Shown: positions 34,577-46,752, counted from the first letter of the stretch. The stretch: DNA of 64,000 nucleotides from Candidatus Multivorans sp. (GCA_965247095.1 OZ251997.1:3968001-4032000), one strand, 5' to 3'. Made by a program: numbers and translations. The notes: generated by a model from the sequence alone, not told the origin.

Positions 34577-35407
34577 ATGGCGATCAAGAAACTCAAACCG
34601 ACAAATCCGGCCAGCCGCTTCCAGGAGTACGCACGGCGGGAAGAGGTCACGACCGACAAGCCGCACAAGGCCCTCGTCGAGGGCAAGAAGCGGATCAGCG
34701 GCCGCAACAACAAGGGCAGGCAGACGATCTGGTTCCGGGGCGGCGGCCACAAGCGGCGCTACCGGCGGATCGACTTCCGGCGCGACAAGATCGGCGTGCC
34801 CGCAAAGGTGGCCACGATCGAGTACGACCCGAACCGGAGCGCGCTGATCTCCCTGCTGCACTACACCGACGGCGAGAAACGCTACATCCTCCATCCCCAG
34901 GGCTTGGAGGTAGGCGCGGTGGTCCAGTCAGGCGAAGGCTCCGAGATCGATGTCGGCAACTGCCTGCCGATCCGGTTCATCCCCCTGGGCACGATGATCC
35001 ACAACATCGAACTGAAGATCGGCGGCGGCGGGCAGATGGTGCGCAGCGCCGGCACGGGCGCCCAGTTGATGGCCAAGGAGGGCGTCTACGCTCAGGTCCG
35101 CCTCCCCTCGGGGGAGGTCCGCCGGGTTCACATCGACTGTTCCGCCACGATCGGCCAGGTCAGCAACTCGGAGCACTCGAACATCGCGCTTGGGAAGGCC
35201 GGTCGCAACCGTTGGCGGGGCCGCCGGCCGCACAACCGCGGTGTGTCGATGAATCCGGTCGACCATCCGATGGGCGGCGGCGAGGGTAAGGCCTCCGGCG
35301 GACGGCATCCGACCACGCCCTGGGGCAAGCCCACCAAGGGTTACAAGACACGGAGAAACAAGCGCACGAGCGGCATGATCGTACGGCGGCGGAGCCGCCG
35401 TAAGTAG
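34577..35407 (+). CDS. rplB: 50S ribosomal protein L2
   Basis: [22 protein letters not shown]. Confidence 0.99.
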   Translation: MAIKKLKPTNPASRFQEYARREEVTTDKPHKALVEGKKRISGRNNKGRQTIWFRGGGHKRRYRRIDFRRDKIGVPAKVATIEYDPNRSALISLLHYTDGEKRYILHPQGLEVGAVVQSGEGSEIDVGNCLPIRFIPLGTMIHNIELKIGGGGQMVRSAGTGAQLMAKEGVYAQVRLPSGEVRRVHIDCSATIGQVSNSEHSNIALGKAGRNRWRGRRPHNRGVSMNPVDHPMGGGEGKASGGRHPTTPWGKPTKGYKTRRNKRTSGMIVRRRSRRK

Positions 35408-35437
35408 GGCCGGCGAGAGCACGAAACTGAGGTCAGC

Positions 35438-35725
35438 ATGGGACGTTCACTCAAGAAGGGTTTCTTCATCGACAGCCACCTTTACGACAAGGTGACCGCG
35501 ATGAATACGAGCCACGACCGGAGGGTCATCAAGACCTGGTCGCGCCGGTCCACGATCATTCCGGACATGGTGGGTCACACCATCGCTGTTCACAACGGCA
35601 TGAAGTTCATTCCGGTCTTCGTTAGCGAGAACATGGTCGGTCACAAGCTCGGCGAGTTCGCTCAGACGCGGACTTTCCGCGGCCATGCCGGCGGCAAGAG
35701 GGAGCGCCGGGCTCGTCCCCGGTAG
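35438..35725 (+). CDS. rpsS: 30S ribosomal protein S19
   Basis: [18 protein letters not shown]. Confidence 0.99.
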   Translation: MGRSLKKGFFIDSHLYDKVTAMNTSHDRRVIKTWSRRSTIIPDMVGHTIAVHNGMKFIPVFVSENMVGHKLGEFAQTRTFRGHAGGKRERRARPR

Positions 35726-35746
35726 TTAGAGAGAGAGAACAGAACG

Positions 35747-36115
35747 ATGGAAGCAATCGCCCGACTCAGGTACCTCCAGGCGTCGCCCCAGAAGGTGCGC
35801 CTGGTGGCGGACCTGATCCGCGGCCGGGATGTCGAGGAAGCCTCGGCGCTGCTGCAATTGAGCACCAAGGCGGCCGCACGGCCGGTCTCCAAGTTGCTGC
35901 GGTCAGCGGTCGCCAACGCCGAGAACCGCGCCGAGAACCAGCAGAGGGGGGTCGACGTGGGGCAGCTCTACGTCAAGGAGATCTTCGTGGACGGTGGTCC
36001 GACGCTGAAGCGTCTGCGCCCGCAGGCCATGGGCCGTGCGTTCCGCATCCTCAAGCGGCAGAGCCACGTAACGATCAAGCTTGATTCCCGCAGTCTGTCG
36101 GCAGAGCCAACGTAG
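35747..36115 (+). CDS. rplV: 50S ribosomal protein L22
   Basis: [31 protein letters not shown]. Confidence 0.98.
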   Translation: MEAIARLRYLQASPQKVRLVADLIRGRDVEEASALLQLSTKAAARPVSKLLRSAVANAENRAENQQRGVDVGQLYVKEIFVDGGPTLKRLRPQAMGRAFRILKRQSHVTIKLDSRSLSAEPT

Positions 36116-36123
36116 GAGCGATC

Positions 36124-36774
36124 ATGGGTCAGAAGACACATCCTTACGGTTTTCGTTTGGTCTACAACCAGGGCTGGCATTCGCGCTGGTACGCCGAACG
36201 GGACTACGCCAGCACCCTGAAATCGGATATCGAGTTGCGGACCGGTCTGAAGAAGCGCTTGATGCACGCCGGTGTGAGCCAGATCGACATCGACCGCGCC
36301 GCGGACAAGCTGCGCGTCACGATCTACACCTCGCGCCCCGGCATCATCATCGGCCGCAAGGGCGCGGAAGTGGACAAGCTGCGCGACGACCTGAGCCGGC
36401 AGATGGGGCGGGAAGTCCACATCAACATCCAGGAGATCCAGCGTCCGGAGCTCGATGCCCAGCTTGTGGCCGAGGCGATCACGGGACAACTTCTCCGCCG
36501 GGTTGCCTTTCGCCGGGCTATGAAGAAGGCGATGGAATCGGCCTTCCGTTTTGGTGCAAAGGGTGTCAAGATCATGGTTTCGGGTCGGCTCGGCGGCAAC
36601 GAGATCGCTCGTACCGAGTGGTACCAGGAAGGGCGGTTGCCGCTGCACACCCTGAAGGCCGACATCGACTATGGCTTCGCCGAGGCCTACACGACCTACG
36701 GCGTGATCGGGGTCAAAGTCTGGGTTTACCGCGGCGATCTTTCGCGGGAGCGCGGCCGCCGCGCGGTGGCGTAG
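36124..36774 (+). CDS. rpsC: 30S ribosomal protein S3
   Basis: [32 protein letters not shown]. Confidence 0.99.
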   Translation: MGQKTHPYGFRLVYNQGWHSRWYAERDYASTLKSDIELRTGLKKRLMHAGVSQIDIDRAADKLRVTIYTSRPGIIIGRKGAEVDKLRDDLSRQMGREVHINIQEIQRPELDAQLVAEAITGQLLRRVAFRRAMKKAMESAFRFGAKGVKIMVSGRLGGNEIARTEWYQEGRLPLHTLKADIDYGFAEAYTTYGVIGVKVWVYRGDLSRERGRRAVA

Positions 36775-36814
36775 GCGCGGCTGGACGCAAGGGGAGTCGA
36801 GGGAGTAACGAACG

Positions 36815-37234
36815 ATGTTGATGCCGAAGAAGGTCAAGTTCCGCAAGCATCACCGCGGCCGCCGCAGAGGTCTGGCCAAGGGCGGCAATGTGGTGGCGTT
36901 CGGCGAGTACGGCCTGCAGGCGCAGGAGGCCGGCTGGGTCACGGCTCGTCAGATCGAGGCCGCGCGAATCGCGATTACCCGCCACATCAAGCGAACCGGC
37001 AAGGTCTGGATCCGCGTCTTTCCGGACAAGCCGATCACCAAGAAGCCTCTCGAAACCAGGATGGGCAAGGGCAAGGGCAATCCCGAGGAGTGGGTTGCGG
37101 TCGTTCGTCCCGCCCGCATCCTCTACGAGCTCGAGGGCGTGTCGCCGGAGTTGGCGAAGTCGGCGATGAGGCTGGCTTCCCACAAGCTCGGTATCAAGAC
37201 CCGCTTCGTCGGGCGCCACGGCGCACAGGTTTGA
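36815..37234 (+). CDS. rplP: 50S ribosomal protein L16
   Basis: RQIEAAR, RMGKGKG. Confidence 0.99.
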   Translation: MLMPKKVKFRKHHRGRRRGLAKGGNVVAFGEYGLQAQEAGWVTARQIEAARIAITRHIKRTGKVWIRVFPDKPITKKPLETRMGKGKGNPEEWVAVVRPARILYELEGVSPELAKSAMRLASHKLGIKTRFVGRHGAQV

Positions 37235-37247
37235 GGCCCCGAAGACG

Positions 37248-37445
37248 ATGAAGGCAAGCGAACTCAGGGAGCTGACCGTCGACGAGTTGCGGCAGAAGGA
37301 GGAGGAACTGGCCGACCAGTTGTTCGCCCTGCGGCTGCAGAAGTCGATTGGCCAACTGGAGAAGCCGAGCAGGATCAGACAAGCCCGGGTCGAGTTGGCG
37401 CGGGTCCTTACCGTCAGGCGGGAGAGAGCGACAGGAACGACATGA
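37248..37445 (+). CDS. rpmC: 50S ribosomal protein L29
   Basis: MKASELR, LFALRLQ, ARVLT; position. Confidence 0.96.
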   Translation: MKASELRELTVDELRQKEEELADQLFALRLQKSIGQLEKPSRIRQARVELARVLTVRRERATGTT

Positions 37446-37717
37446 ACGTGGATCAGCAAGAAGCGCGGGGCCGCCGCCAGGCTCGGGTGGGCAAGGTGGT
37501 CAGCGCCAAGATGGACAAGACAGTCATCGTGGCGGTCGAGAAGACGGTCATGCACCGGCTCTACCACCGCCTGATGAAGAAGTCGTCGCGGTTCGTGGCT
37601 CACGACGAATCGAACGACTGCCGTGAGGGAGACGTCGTTTCCCTCGTCTCGACCCGACCGATGTCGCGCCGCAAGCGCTGGCGCGTGCAACGAATCGTCA
37701 AGCGCGCGGAAGGGTAG
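37442..37717 (+). CDS. rpsQ: 30S ribosomal protein S17
   Basis: [25 protein letters not shown]. Confidence 0.98.
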   Translation: MNVDQQEARGRRQARVGKVVSAKMDKTVIVAVEKTVMHRLYHRLMKKSSRFVAHDESNDCREGDVVSLVSTRPMSRRKRWRVQRIVKRAEG

Positions 37718-37725
37718 GTGCGACG

Positions 37726-38094
37726 ATGATCCAGATGGGAACGGTGCTCGAGGTCGCCGACAACTCGGGGGCCAAGCGAATCGCCTGCATCAAACTGCGG
37801 GGCGGTTCCTCCGGCCAGTACGGGGTGCTGGGTGACGTGATCACCGCCTCGGTCAAGGAGGCGGTGCCCGAAGGCACGGTCAAGAAGGGCCAGGTCGTGC
37901 GCGCGGTGATCGTGCGGACCCGCAAGGAGCGGCGCCGCCGCGACGGGAGCTACATCCGCTTCGACAACAACGCCGCGGTGCTGATCAACGAAGCGCGGGA
38001 GCCGATCGGGACCCGCGTCTTCGGTCCGGTCGCCCGCGAGCTGCGCGAGCGGCGCTTCATGCGCATCGTGTCCTTGGCGCCGGAGGTGATCTGA
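37726..38094 (+). CDS. rplN: 50S ribosomal protein L14
   Basis: [25 protein letters not shown]. Confidence 0.99.
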   Translation: MIQMGTVLEVADNSGAKRIACIKLRGGSSGQYGVLGDVITASVKEAVPEGTVKKGQVVRAVIVRTRKERRRRDGSYIRFDNNAAVLINEAREPIGTRVFGPVARELRERRFMRIVSLAPEVI

Positions 38095-38095
38095 C

Positions 38096-38434
38096 ATGCC
38101 CAAATCTGACAGTCACAAGGTGAAGATCAAGAAGGGCGACGAGGTGCTCGTCATCGCGGGCCGGAACCGCGGCGTGCGCAGCAAGGTGTTGCGGGTGCTT
38201 CCCTCCGGGAATCGCGCCATCGTCGAACGCGTGAATCTGGTCAAGAAGCACGAGCGGCCGAACCCGCAGCGTCAGGTTCAGGGAGGCATCCTGGAGCGGG
38301 AGGCGCCCATCCACATCTCGAATCTCAAGGTGATCTGCCCGGACACCGACAAGCCGACGCGCGTCGGCAAGCGGCGTCTCGAGGACGGAAGGTCGGCGCG
38401 CTACGCCAAGGTCAGCGGCGCGGTGCTGAGTTGA
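38096..38434 (+). CDS. rplX: 50S ribosomal protein L24
   Basis: [19 protein letters not shown]. Confidence 0.98.
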   Translation: MPKSDSHKVKIKKGDEVLVIAGRNRGVRSKVLRVLPSGNRAIVERVNLVKKHERPNPQRQVQGGILEREAPIHISNLKVICPDTDKPTRVGKRRLEDGRSARYAKVSGAVLS

Positions 38435-38451
38435 GGCTGTGACCTGAAGGA

Positions 38452-39000
38452 ATGACCATGATTCCCCGACTGAAGACTCTCTACCAGGAGGAGGTCGTCG
38501 CCAGCCTGCAGCAGGAGTTCGGCATCTCCAACCCGATGGCGGTGCCACGGCTGGACAAGATCGTTCTCAACATGGGCATCGGCGAAGCGATCCAGAACAT
38601 CAAGATCCTGGAGAACGCCGTTCCCGAGCTGGCCCTGATCGCCGGTCAGCAGCCGGTCATCACCCGTGCCCGCAAGTCGATCGCTGCATTCAAGTTGCGT
38701 GAGGGCATGCCGATCGGTTGCAGGGTCACACTGCGCCGCAACCGGATGTGGCACTTTCTCGATCGCCTGGTCACCGTCGCGCTGCCGCGAGTCCGCGACT
38801 TCCGCGGCATCTCGAACCGGAGCTTCGATGGTCGGGGTAGTTACACCCTGGGTGTCCGGGACCACCTGATCTTCCCCGAAGTCGACTACTCGAAGAGCGA
38901 CGGTTCCAAGGGCATCAACGTCACCCTCGTCACCTCGGCGGAGTCCGACGCGCAGGCACTGCACCTGCTGCGCGGTCTCGGCATGCCGTTCGCGACCTGA
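38452..39000 (+). CDS. rplE: 50S ribosomal protein L5
   Basis: [22 protein letters not shown]. Confidence 0.98.
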   Translation: MTMIPRLKTLYQEEVVASLQQEFGISNPMAVPRLDKIVLNMGIGEAIQNIKILENAVPELALIAGQQPVITRARKSIAAFKLREGMPIGCRVTLRRNRMWHFLDRLVTVALPRVRDFRGISNRSFDGRGSYTLGVRDHLIFPEVDYSKSDGSKGINVTLVTSAESDAQALHLLRGLGMPFAT

Positions 39001-39040
39001 GCTTCTCCGTGCGCGAACTCTCAACCAAGGACTGCCACCG

Positions 39041-39439
39041 ATGACCATGACCGACCCCATCGCGGATCTGCTGACCACGATTCGCAACGCCCTGATCGTC
39101 AAGCACGACCAGACCGAGACGCCGTCCTCGAGCCTGAAGATCGCGTTGTGCCGCGTGCTGCGGGACCAGGGCTACATCAGCCACTACGAGGTCTACGATT
39201 CGCCTCCGGGCAGGACGCTCCGGATCTTCCTGGCTTATGACGGCCAGGGGGTGCCGACGATCACCAAGGTGCGGAAGATCAGCAAGCCCGGGCGTAGGGT
39301 GTACCGTGGCGCCGACGATCTGAAGCCGGTTCTGAACGGATTGGGCGTTGCGATCCTGTCGACGTCGAAGGGTCTGCTCACGGATGCCCAGGCGCGGCAG
39401 CAGCGTGTGGGTGGTGAGGTCCTCTGTGAAGTGTACTGA
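39041..39439 (+). CDS. rpsH: 30S ribosomal protein S8
   Basis: TDPIADLLTTIRN, SKPGRRVY, STSKG, GGEVLC. Confidence 0.98.
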   Translation: MTMTDPIADLLTTIRNALIVKHDQTETPSSSLKIALCRVLRDQGYISHYEVYDSPPGRTLRIFLAYDGQGVPTITKVRKISKPGRRVYRGADDLKPVLNGLGVAILSTSKGLLTDAQARQQRVGGEVLCEVY

Positions 39440-39459
39440 GACGCACGAGGTGTACTGAG

Positions 39460-40002
39460 ATGTCACGCATAGGAAAGGCGCCGATCCCGCTGCCGGAGAA
39501 GACGAAGGTGGCGACAAGCGGCGGTACAGTGACCATCGAGGGTCCGAAGGGAAAGCTGGAGCAGCCGCTCCAGCAGGGTATCGAGGTCCGGGTGGAGGAC
39601 GGCGTCGTCACGCTGCACCGTTCCGGCTCGAGCGGACCGGAACGGGCCCTGCACGGGCTGGCCCGGGCGCTGATCGCAAACGCTGTCGTGGGTGTCACCG
39701 AGGGCTTCCGGCGAGAGCTGGAGATCGTCGGCGTTGGCTACCGGGGAGAGGTCAAGGGGCGCGAAATTCACCTGGCGCTGGGGTACTCCCACCCCGTGGT
39801 CTACCCGATCCCGGATGGGATCGACGTTTCGATCGACGACCGGTCGAACCGGATCGCGGTCTCCGGCATCGACAAGCAGCAGGTCGGGCAGGTAGCGGCC
39901 GACCTCCGCAGCCTGCGCAAGCCGGATGCGTACAAGGGCAAGGGCATTCGTTACCGCGACGAGGTCATCCGGCTCAAGGTCGGCAAGGCGGCGGCGGTCT
40001 AG
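39460..40002 (+). CDS. rplF: 50S ribosomal protein L6
   Basis: [22 protein letters not shown]. Confidence 0.98.
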   Translation: MSRIGKAPIPLPEKTKVATSGGTVTIEGPKGKLEQPLQQGIEVRVEDGVVTLHRSGSSGPERALHGLARALIANAVVGVTEGFRRELEIVGVGYRGEVKGREIHLALGYSHPVVYPIPDGIDVSIDDRSNRIAVSGIDKQQVGQVAADLRSLRKPDAYKGKGIRYRDEVIRLKVGKAAAV

Positions 40003-40042
40003 ACGGTTTGGAACGAGTTCGGAAAACAGGGACATCGAGGCA

Positions 40043-40429
40043 ATGAGCGACCTGCGCAGAAAGAGAACGTTGGATCGGAGCCGCCGGCGGCGCCGCGCGC
40101 GCTACCGCGTCCGGAAGAAGCTCCGGGGCTCACAGGAGAGACCGCGTCTGGCGGTCCACAAGAGCCGCCGTCACATCTACGCTCAACTGATCGATGATCG
40201 GGTGGGGCACACCCTGGCGTTTGCGAGCTCGCTCGAGCCGGAACTCTGCGGGGAGCTCGAAGGCTCGACCGGGAGTTGCAGCGCAGCGCAGGCGGTGGGC
40301 GAGGCGCTTGCGGCGCGCGCCAGGGAGCGGGGCGTGCAAACGGTGGTCTTCGACCGCGGCGGGTTCCTGTACCACGGCCGGATCCGGGCGCTTGCGGACA
40401 GTGCGCGCGCCGGAGGCTTAAAGTTCTGA
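40043..40429 (+). CDS. rplR: 50S ribosomal protein L18
   Basis: [26 protein letters not shown]. Confidence 0.98.
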   Translation: MSDLRRKRTLDRSRRRRRARYRVRKKLRGSQERPRLAVHKSRRHIYAQLIDDRVGHTLAFASSLEPELCGELEGSTGSCSAAQAVGEALAARARERGVQTVVFDRGGFLYHGRIRALADSARAGGLKF

Positions 40430-40456
40430 TGCAGCAGAGCAACGAAGGAGACAGCA

Positions 40457-41020
40457 GTGGCTAGGGACATCGATCTCGACAGCGAGTTCTTCGAGCAGGT
40501 TGTCGACATCAACCGGGTGACGAAGGTCGTCAAGGGCGGCAAGAACTTTTCCTTTACCGCCCTGGTTGTGATCGGCGACGGCGCCGGCCGCGTCGGCTAC
40601 GGCTCGGGCAAGGCGAAGGAGGTTCCGGCCGCGATTCGCAAGGGGATTCAGATCGCGAAGCGGAACCTGGTACGGGTGCCGCTCTCTGGAACCACGATCC
40701 CGCACGAGACGGTGGGTGTGTTCGGCGCCGGTCGGGTGATGTTGAAGCCGGCCTCTGAAGGAACCGGCGTCATCGCCGGCGGCCCGGTGCGCGCGGTGGT
40801 CGAGGGCGCCGGCATTCAGGACATACTGACCAAGTCGCTGGGGACGACGAACCCGCAGAACGTGGTCAAGGCGACCTTCGCCGGGCTCATGTCCCTGCGC
40901 AGCGAGAAGCAGATCAGGACATTGCGTGGCTTGGACTCGCTGGACGGCGCGTCGATCAACACAGATCAGGGAGGAAGAGGTAGTGGCTGGCAGGACGATA
41001 CGGATACAGCAGGTGCGTAG
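40457..41020 (+). CDS. rpsE: 30S ribosomal protein S5
   Basis: [19 protein letters not shown]; C-terminal tail overlaps rpmD by 38 nt. Confidence 0.98.
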   Translation: MARDIDLDSEFFEQVVDINRVTKVVKGGKNFSFTALVVIGDGAGRVGYGSGKAKEVPAAIRKGIQIAKRNLVRVPLSGTTIPHETVGVFGAGRVMLKPASEGTGVIAGGPVRAVVEGAGIQDILTKSLGTTNPQNVVKATFAGLMSLRSEKQIRTLRGLDSLDGASINTDQGGRGSGWQDDTDTAGA

Positions 41021-41180
41021 CCCGATCGGCAGGCCGAGACCGCAGCGCGAGGTTCTGCGCGGTCTTGGCTTGAGGCGAATTCGCCACATCGTCGAGCGGG
41101 AGGACTCCCAGGCGGTGCGCGGCATGGTGCGGAAGATTCCCCACCTGGTTCGGATTCTGGGGGGCACCGAGGAGGACTGA
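40983..41180 (+). CDS. rpmD: 50S ribosomal protein L30
   Basis: [26 protein letters not shown]; GTG start. Confidence 0.95.
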   Translation: MAGRTIRIQQVRSPIGRPRPQREVLRGLGLRRIRHIVEREDSQAVRGMVRKIPHLVRILGGTEED

Positions 41181-41181
41181 G

Positions 41182-41616
41182 ATGAAACTGCACGAACTCA
41201 AACCGGCGCCGGGAAGCCGCCGTGCGCGCAAACGGGTCGGCCGTGGACCGGGCTCCGGTACCGGCAAGACCGCCGGGCGAGGCCACAAGGGCCAGCGCTC
41301 GCGGGCGGGCTTTTCCCGTCGCGCCGGCTTCGAGGGCGGCCAGATGCCCCTCGTGCGGCGCGTCCCGAAGCGCGGGTTCACCAACATCTTCCGGACCGAG
41401 TACACGGTGATCAACGTCGGAGACCTGGACGGTCTCGGCGATGTGATCGACGGGGACCTCCTCGTTTCTCACGGCCGTGTGCGTCGGGGCATGAAACTGA
41501 AGGTTCTGGGCGCTGGCGATGCGCCGGCCGGGTTGACCGTCCGGGCGCACCGCTTCAGCGCGTCCGCGCGCGCCAAGATCGAGGCCGCCGGCGGCGCCTG
41601 CGAAGAGACCGCCTGA
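41182..41616 (+). CDS. rplO: 50S ribosomal protein L15
   Basis: [25 protein letters not shown]. Confidence 0.98.
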   Translation: MKLHELKPAPGSRRARKRVGRGPGSGTGKTAGRGHKGQRSRAGFSRRAGFEGGQMPLVRRVPKRGFTNIFRTEYTVINVGDLDGLGDVIDGDLLVSHGRVRRGMKLKVLGAGDAPAGLTVRAHRFSASARAKIEAAGGACEETA

Positions 41617-41628
41617 CGGAGCTGGCAC

Positions 41629-43014
41629 GTGGGCGTCGAGAGTTTCCGCAACATCTTTGCGATTCCGGATCTCCGGAAGCGGGTGTTGTTCGTGTTCGGC
41701 CTGCTGGCGGTCTACCGCATCGGCTGCATCATTCCGACGCCGGGGATCGACCCTCAGGCTCTGCTCGAGTTCATGGACCAGATGCAGGGCACCGTGCTGG
41801 GGTTCGTCAACACGTTCACCGGCGGCAGCCTTGGCCGGGTGGCCATCTTCGCTCTCGGCATCATGCCGTACATCTCGGCGTCCATCATTCTGCAACTGCT
41901 GACAGTGGTCTGGCCCTACCTCGAGAAGCTCTCGAAGGAAGGCGAGATGGGCCGGCGGAAGATCACCCAGTACACGCGGTACGGAACGGTGATCATCTCG
42001 ATCATTCAGGGCACGAGCATCGCCTTCTTCCTGGAGAACCTGAGCTCGTTGGGAGGCGCGCCGCTGGTCTTCAACCCGGGCCTCGGGTTCAAGTTCATGA
42101 CCGTGCTCTCGCTGACCACGGGCTGCGCGTTCGTGATGTGGCTGGGCGAGCAGATCAGCGAGCGCGGCATCGGCAACGGCATCTCCCTGGTCATCTTCGC
42201 CGGCATCGTCGTGGGTCTGCCGGGCGCCGTCCTGACGCTCTTCAGTCAAATGCAGAGCGGCGCCATGTCCTTGCTCAAGATCCTCTTCCTGTCGGCGTTC
42301 ATGCTGGTGGTCGTCGCCTTCATCGTCTACATGGAGCGAGCGCAGCGGCGCATTCCGGTGCAGTACGCCAAGCGGATCGTCGGCCGGCGGCAGTACGGCG
42401 GGCAGAGCACCTACCTGCCCCTGCGTGTGAACACCGGCGGCGTGATCCCGGTCATCTTCGCGAGTTCGGTGGTCACCGTGCCGGCGACGGTGGCGGGCAT
42501 GATCCAGTACGAACCGATCCAGCGCATCGCCACCGCGCTGCAGTGGGGTCAGCCGGTCTACTACCTGCTCTACGTGGCGGCGATCATCTTCTTCTCGTAC
42601 TTCTACGTCTCGATCATCTTCAACCCGAACGATCTCGCCGAGAACATGCGCAAGTACGGCGGGTTCATTCCGGGCATCCGTTCCGGCAAGCGCACTTCGG
42701 AGTACATCGACAGGGTCCTGACCCGGCTGACCCTGGTCGGCTCCTTGTATCTGGCAGGCGTTTCGGTGTTGCCGGAGTTCCTGATCGCCGGCTTCAAGGT
42801 CGGGGGGCTTCCCTTCGTTGGCGCGACCCTGGACCGGGTGGCGCCGCTCTGGTTGACCGAGGGCATGGGGATCAACTTCTACTTCGGCGGCACGTCGCTC
42901 CTGATCGTCGTCAGCGTGGCCATGGACACGCTGCAACAGATCGAGAGCCAGCTCGTGATGCGCAACTACGAGGGCTTCATGAAGCGGGGCCGGATCCGAG
43001 GCCGCCGTGGCTGA
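41629..43014 (+). CDS. secY: Preprotein translocase SecY
   Basis: FALGIMPYISASII, GIGNGISL, FIPGIRSG, GGTSLLIVV. Confidence 0.99.
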   Translation: MGVESFRNIFAIPDLRKRVLFVFGLLAVYRIGCIIPTPGIDPQALLEFMDQMQGTVLGFVNTFTGGSLGRVAIFALGIMPYISASIILQLLTVVWPYLEKLSKEGEMGRRKITQYTRYGTVIISIIQGTSIAFFLENLSSLGGAPLVFNPGLGFKFMTVLSLTTGCAFVMWLGEQISERGIGNGISLVIFAGIVVGLPGAVLTLFSQMQSGAMSLLKILFLSAFMLVVVAFIVYMERAQRRIPVQYAKRIVGRRQYGGQSTYLPLRVNTGGVIPVIFASSVVTVPATVAGMIQYEPIQRIATALQWGQPVYYLLYVAAIIFFSYFYVSIIFNPNDLAENMRKYGGFIPGIRSGKRTSEYIDRVLTRLTLVGSLYLAGVSVLPEFLIAGFKVGGLPFVGATLDRVAPLWLTEGMGINFYFGGTSLLIVVSVAMDTLQQIESQLVMRNYEGFMKRGRIRGRRG

Positions 43015-43579
43015 TCCTTTTCGCATTGTGCTGCTCGGAGCTCCCGGTTGCGGCAAGGGCACCCAGGCCGAGTGTCTTTCGGCGAGTCTCGGTGTGCCGG
43101 CCATCTCGACCGGCGAGATGCTGCGGGCCGCGGTCGCCGCGGGCAGCGAGCTGGGACGGCGTGTCGAGGGTGTGATGGCCTCGGGCGCTCTGGTCGACGA
43201 CGATCTGATGGCCGAGGTGGTTCGCGACCGGCTGGCTCAGGCCGATACGGCCGCGGGTTTCCTGCTCGACGGCTATCCGCGCACCGCGCCCCAGGCCGAC
43301 ACACTGGACGAGATCCTGGGCGCCGGGGCACTGGATCACGTGGTGACGATCGACGTGCCGGACGAGGTTCTCGTTCGACGTTCCGTGCTGCGCGGCCGCG
43401 GCGACGACGACCGCGAAGAGGTCGTGCGCGAACGGCTGCAGGTCTACGCCGCGCAGACCGAGCCCCTGATCGCTCACTACGAGGGCCTGGGGCTGCTGCG
43501 CCGTGTCGGCGGCAACGTCCCCATCGAACAGGTCACGACCGCGATCGAGGCGGCGCTGGCGCAGGGGAGAGCCGCCTGA
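43007..43579 (+). CDS. adk: Adenylate kinase (short-LID type)
   Basis: GAPGCGKGT, ISTGEMLR, LLDGYPR, RGRGDD. Confidence 0.96.
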   Translation: MADPFRIVLLGAPGCGKGTQAECLSASLGVPAISTGEMLRAAVAAGSELGRRVEGVMASGALVDDDLMAEVVRDRLAQADTAAGFLLDGYPRTAPQADTLDEILGAGALDHVVTIDVPDEVLVRRSVLRGRGDDDREEVVRERLQVYAAQTEPLIAHYEGLGLLRRVGGNVPIEQVTTAIEAALAQGRAA

Positions 43580-44334
43580 TGGCGATTCTCAAGACCGAAG
43601 AGGAACTCGACCTGATGGATCGCGCCAACAGGATCGTTTTGGAGGTGCTGGCGTCGCTGGAGCAGCGGCTGCGCCCCGGGATGACCACACGTGAACTCGA
43701 TGTCCATGCGGAGACGGCGATTCGTGAGCGTGGCGGCCGGCCGGCGTTTCTCGGTTACCGCGGGTTTCCGGCCAGCCTGTGCACCTCGGTGAACGATGTG
43801 ATCGTCCACGGTATCCCGGACGACGTGCCTCTCAAGGAGGGAGACATCGTCAGCATCGACTGCGGCGTGGAGTTTTCGGGGTACTATGGCGACGCTGCGC
43901 GCACCTACCGTGTAGGTGCGGTCTCGGAGCAGGCCGCGCGCTTGCTGGAAGTCACTCGCCGGGCCCTGGATGTGGCTCTGGAATGCGTGGCGCCCGGCAG
44001 GTGGCTGCACGACATCGGTCGAGCGGTCGAGCGGTACGTCAAGGGTCACGGGTACTCCGTGGTTCGCGATTTCGTCGGTCACGGTATCGGTTCCGCACTA
44101 CATGAGGAACCGGAAGTGCCGAACCACCGCCGCCGGGGTCGTGGCATGGAGTTGCGGTCGGGAATGGTCTTGGCGATTGAGCCCATGGTCAACGCCGGAA
44201 GCCGGGCCGTGAAGATGGATGGAGATGGTTGGACGGCGAGAACGAAGGATGGATCGTTGTCGGCTCATTTTGAGCACTCGGTCGCGGTGACAAAGGCCGG
44301 AGCGCGCGTACTGGGCCAGGAGGCGGCGGCGTAG
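43579..44334 (+). CDS. map: Methionine aminopeptidase type I
   Basis: VHGIP, SIDCG, GDAART, GHGIG, HEEP, AIEPM, AHFEHS. Confidence 0.97.
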   Translation: MAILKTEEELDLMDRANRIVLEVLASLEQRLRPGMTTRELDVHAETAIRERGGRPAFLGYRGFPASLCTSVNDVIVHGIPDDVPLKEGDIVSIDCGVEFSGYYGDAARTYRVGAVSEQAARLLEVTRRALDVALECVAPGRWLHDIGRAVERYVKGHGYSVVRDFVGHGIGSALHEEPEVPNHRRRGRGMELRSGMVLAIEPMVNAGSRAVKMDGDGWTARTKDGSLSAHFEHSVAVTKAGARVLGQEAAA

Positions 44335-44480
44335 AACGATGCGGAGCGAAGTTCGGAGACGCAGCCTCCTGGTGAGGTGGGGGATGGGCCCGCAGGACCT
44401 GCAGATTCTGGCCGAGGCTGCGAGGGGTTTGGCGGCGCTGGCGGCTTGAACGCAAGAGGAAGCAAGGGGACGAAGGGAAC

Positions 44481-44708
44481 TTGGGCGTGAAGAAGGAAGA
44501 GGCGATCGAGGTCGAGGCAACTGTGGTGGAAACACTGCCGAACGCAGTCTTCAAGGTCGAGCTTGACAACAAGCACCGGGCCTTGGCCCACATCTCGGGA
44601 AAGATGCGCAAGCACTTCATCCGGATTCTCCCGGGGGATCGCGTTCTGGTAGAACTCTCGCCCTATGACCCCGGCCGTGGCCGGATCGTGTACAGGCTGC
44701 GGACCTGA
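44481..44708 (+). CDS. infA: Translation initiation factor IF-1 (start TTG 44481 or GTG 44487)
   Basis: [21 protein letters not shown]. Confidence 0.97.
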   Translation: MGVKKEEAIEVEATVVETLPNAVFKVELDNKHRALAHISGKMRKHFIRILPGDRVLVELSPYDPGRGRIVYRLRT

Positions 44709-44737
44709 CGGTCGGTTCGGAATCGAAGGAGTCCATC

Positions 44738-44851
44738 ATGAAAGTGCGAGCGTCAGTGAAGAGAATGTGCGTGAAGTGCAAGGTGGTCCGGCGTCGCGGA
44801 GTGATCCGCGTCATCTGTGAGAACCCCAAGCACAAGCAGCGGCAGGGCTGA
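44738..44851 (+). CDS. rpmJ: 50S ribosomal protein L36, zinc-binding form (not in ORF track)
   Basis: Translates [37 protein letters not shown]; AAGGAG SD. Confidence 0.98.
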   Translation: MKVRASVKRMCVKCKVVRRRGVIRVICENPKHKQRQG

Positions 44852-44872
44852 GAAGGACTGGAGAGAGCTGGA

Positions 44873-45253
44873 ATGGCGAGAATCGCAGGGATCGATCTAC
44901 CGCAGAACAAGCAGGTCGGCATCGGCCTCACCTACATCTACGGCATCGGCCGCTCACGGGCGCTGGTGCTGCTGGATCAGGCGGGTGTCGCCGCCGAGGT
45001 CAAGGTCAGGGATCTGACCGAGGACGAAACCGGGCGCATCCGCCGGGTCGTTCAGGAGGCGGGGTCGGTCGAGGGAGACCTGCGCAAGGAAGTGACCCAG
45101 AGCATCAAGCGTCTGATGGAGATCGGCAGTTACCGCGGTGTCAGACATCGCAAGGGCCTGCCCGTTCGAGGCCAGCGCACGCACACCAACGCGCGTACCC
45201 GCAAGGGACCGCGGCGGGCCACTGTGGCCAGCAAGAAGAAGGTCGGGAAGTAG
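44873..45253 (+). CDS. rpsM: 30S ribosomal protein S13
   Basis: [31 protein letters not shown]. Confidence 0.99.
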   Translation: MARIAGIDLPQNKQVGIGLTYIYGIGRSRALVLLDQAGVAAEVKVRDLTEDETGRIRRVVQEAGSVEGDLRKEVTQSIKRLMEIGSYRGVRHRKGLPVRGQRTHTNARTRKGPRRATVASKKKVGK

Positions 45254-45267
45254 AGAGAGGGCTTTAG

Positions 45268-45645
45268 ATGGCAAAGGCGAGGAAGAAGGAAAAGCGCGTG
45301 GTGCCCCACGCCGTGGCGCATGTCAATGCGACCTTCAACAACACGCTGGTCTGCATCAGCGATCCGGACGGCAACGTGCTGACCTGGTCGTCGTCGGGCC
45401 GAAACGGTTTCAAGGGGTCGCGAAAGGGGACGCCGTTCGCGGCGCAGGTGGCCGCGCAGGCGGTCGGCTATCAGGCCAAGGACCTCGGCGTGCGGTCGGT
45501 CGACGTGCTCGTCAAGGGTCCGGGAGGCGGTCGCGAATCGGCCGTCAGGGCTCTGCAGGCCACCGGCATCAACATCCGATCGATTCGCGACGTGACGCCG
45601 ATTCCGCACAACGGCTGCCGTGCCCGCAAGCGGCGTCGGGTCTGA
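45268..45645 (+). CDS. rpsK: 30S ribosomal protein S11
   Basis: [22 protein letters not shown]. Confidence 0.99.
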   Translation: MAKARKKEKRVVPHAVAHVNATFNNTLVCISDPDGNVLTWSSSGRNGFKGSRKGTPFAAQVAAQAVGYQAKDLGVRSVDVLVKGPGGGRESAVRALQATGINIRSIRDVTPIPHNGCRARKRRRV

Positions 45646-45722
45646 ACCCGGAATCGCAGCCGGTACCGCGCCGAGACATCAACGTTTCAACCTGGAACGC
45701 AATCGAGATTGTAGGAGTGAAC

Positions 45723-46709
45723 ATGCTCTGGAAGGGATTTCAACGCCCGAAGCGGATCGAAATCGATACCGAGACTCTGACCGACACGTATGGAAAGTTC
45801 TCGGCTCAGCCGTTCGAACGCGGCTTCGGTTCGACCGTGGCCAATGCACTGCGTCGTAGCCTCCTGTCGGCAATCGAGGGCGCCGCGATTACCGCGGTGC
45901 GGATCGACGGCGCGCTGCACGAGTTCTCTTCACTCGAAGGGGTGGTAGAGGACGTCACGGACATCATTCTGAACCTGAAACAGGTGCCGCTGCGGTCCTT
46001 CGACGGTACGACGCGCGTGATTACGATGGATGTGTCGGGCCCGCGCGAGGTGACCGCCGGTGACTTCAACGGCGACCCGAGCGTCGAGATTCGGGACCCG
46101 AACAGCAAGGTGGCGACGCTGAACGAACGGGGTCGGCTCCGCCTTGAGGCGCAGGTCAAGAACGGACGCGGGTACGTCGGCGCGGACCTCAACCTCGACG
46201 AGTCGATGGGGATCGGCTGGATACCGCTCGACTCCGTCCACAGTCCGGTGAAGCGCGTGAATTACCGCGTGGAAGCGGCGCGACTCGGCCGGACCACCGA
46301 CTACGAGCGACTGATCCTCGAGGTCTGGACGGACGGAACGGTGACGCCGGAAGAGGGAGTCGCCCGTGCCGGCGCCCTGTTGCGCGACCACCTTACGATC
46401 TTCATCGACGCCGAGGAGAGCCTTGTCGTCGAAGCGGCGGCCGAGGAGGAAGTCGATGGGGGCGACATCGGCACACTGCTCCAGAAGGAGATCGACGATC
46501 TGAACCTGAGTGTTCGTTCGGCGAACTGCCTGAGGAACGCGAACATCAACACGGTGGGCGACCTCGTCGTGCGGAGCGAGAAGGAGATGCTGGAGACGAA
46601 GAACTTCGGCCGCAAGTCGCTCAATGAGATTCAGGAGGTGCTCGACAGGATGGGGTTGTCCTTCGGCATGGAGGTTCCGGAGAACGCGGAGAGCGGCGTC
46701 CAGGCCTAG
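45723..46709 (+). CDS. rpoA: RNA polymerase alpha subunit
   Basis: [28 protein letters not shown]; AGGAG SD before ATG 45723. Confidence 0.98.
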   Translation: MLWKGFQRPKRIEIDTETLTDTYGKFSAQPFERGFGSTVANALRRSLLSAIEGAAITAVRIDGALHEFSSLEGVVEDVTDIILNLKQVPLRSFDGTTRVITMDVSGPREVTAGDFNGDPSVEIRDPNSKVATLNERGRLRLEAQVKNGRGYVGADLNLDESMGIGWIPLDSVHSPVKRVNYRVEAARLGRTTDYERLILEVWTDGTVTPEEGVARAGALLRDHLTIFIDAEESLVVEAAAEEEVDGGDIGTLLQKEIDDLNLSVRSANCLRNANINTVGDLVVRSEKEMLETKNFGRKSLNEIQEVLDRMGLSFGMEVPENAESGVQA

Positions 46710-46752
46710 CGGCCGCTGGACCACTCTAGAGCTTTCCCGGGAAGGAGCGAAG

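Noticed and set aside
45138-45722. Apparent 523-aa extended RpoA (likewise extended PhoR, Map and PstB ORFs in the track)
   Set aside because: Extensions overlap bona fide upstream genes in another frame; proper starts with SD or stop/start overlap exist
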